Assembly (NCBI GenBank): GCA_030141605.1 | Contig: JAQGDQ010000356.1 | Span: 110,346-174,345, forward strand | From: Tubiluchus corallicola | Lineage: Eukaryota; Animalia; Priapulida | Reading direction: 5' to 3' | DNA length: 64,000 nucleotides | Part shown: positions 1-64,000 of the stretch, one piece after another | Numbering within the stretch: position 1 is the stretch's first letter | How the letters are laid out: every line of letters starts with the position of its first letter | Made by a program: the position numbers and the translations under genes | The notes under the pieces: generated by a model | Told to the model about the DNA's origin: nothing | Databases searched by the model: none | The model's input: the letters and a program-made list of their open reading frames with translations, nothing else

Positions 1-63878
<63,878 letters not shown>

Positions 63879-64000
63879 CTGTAAAAAAGGGAAAGCATGG
63901 GAAGAGCAAATTCAATAATTTAAAGTGCTTTTATATTCTATAGTAACACAGATGAGCGCAATTTACACGCAGAAGCGAAAAACAGGGTCACAACGTTCAT

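Overview
Eukaryotic (invertebrate-animal-like), AT-rich, repeat-dense DNA. The whole window lies inside one minus-strand, intron-rich gene, a Scribble (scrib/SCRIB, LAP family) homologue truncated at both window edges. I assembled by hand 26 phase-compatible coding exons (3882 nt, about 1294 codons). They encode the last LRRs, LAPSD, a disordered linker with RVxF-like motifs, PDZ1-4 and the start of the C-terminal region; a few small linker exons are tentative. Introns hold about 30 mini/microsatellites, which explain most long ORFs in the track. They also hold several non-autonomous DNA-transposon families (piggyBac-, Kolobok-, Tc1/mariner- and Harbinger-like) and two SINE remnants. Most unusual observations: (1) six exon boundaries are themselves tandemly amplified into arrays of decoy splice sites; (2) the 20-kb intron after the PDZ region holds several ATG-plus-2-to-5-codons-plus-GTAAGT units, all in phase with the next exon, suggesting internal promoters and short LRR-less, PDZ-less isoforms; (3) a GC-AG intron; (4) an AG|GT recursive-splice-like minisatellite; (5) duplicated KHVGF exons. 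Family names for repeats rest on TIR/TSD signatures only, as no database search was possible.
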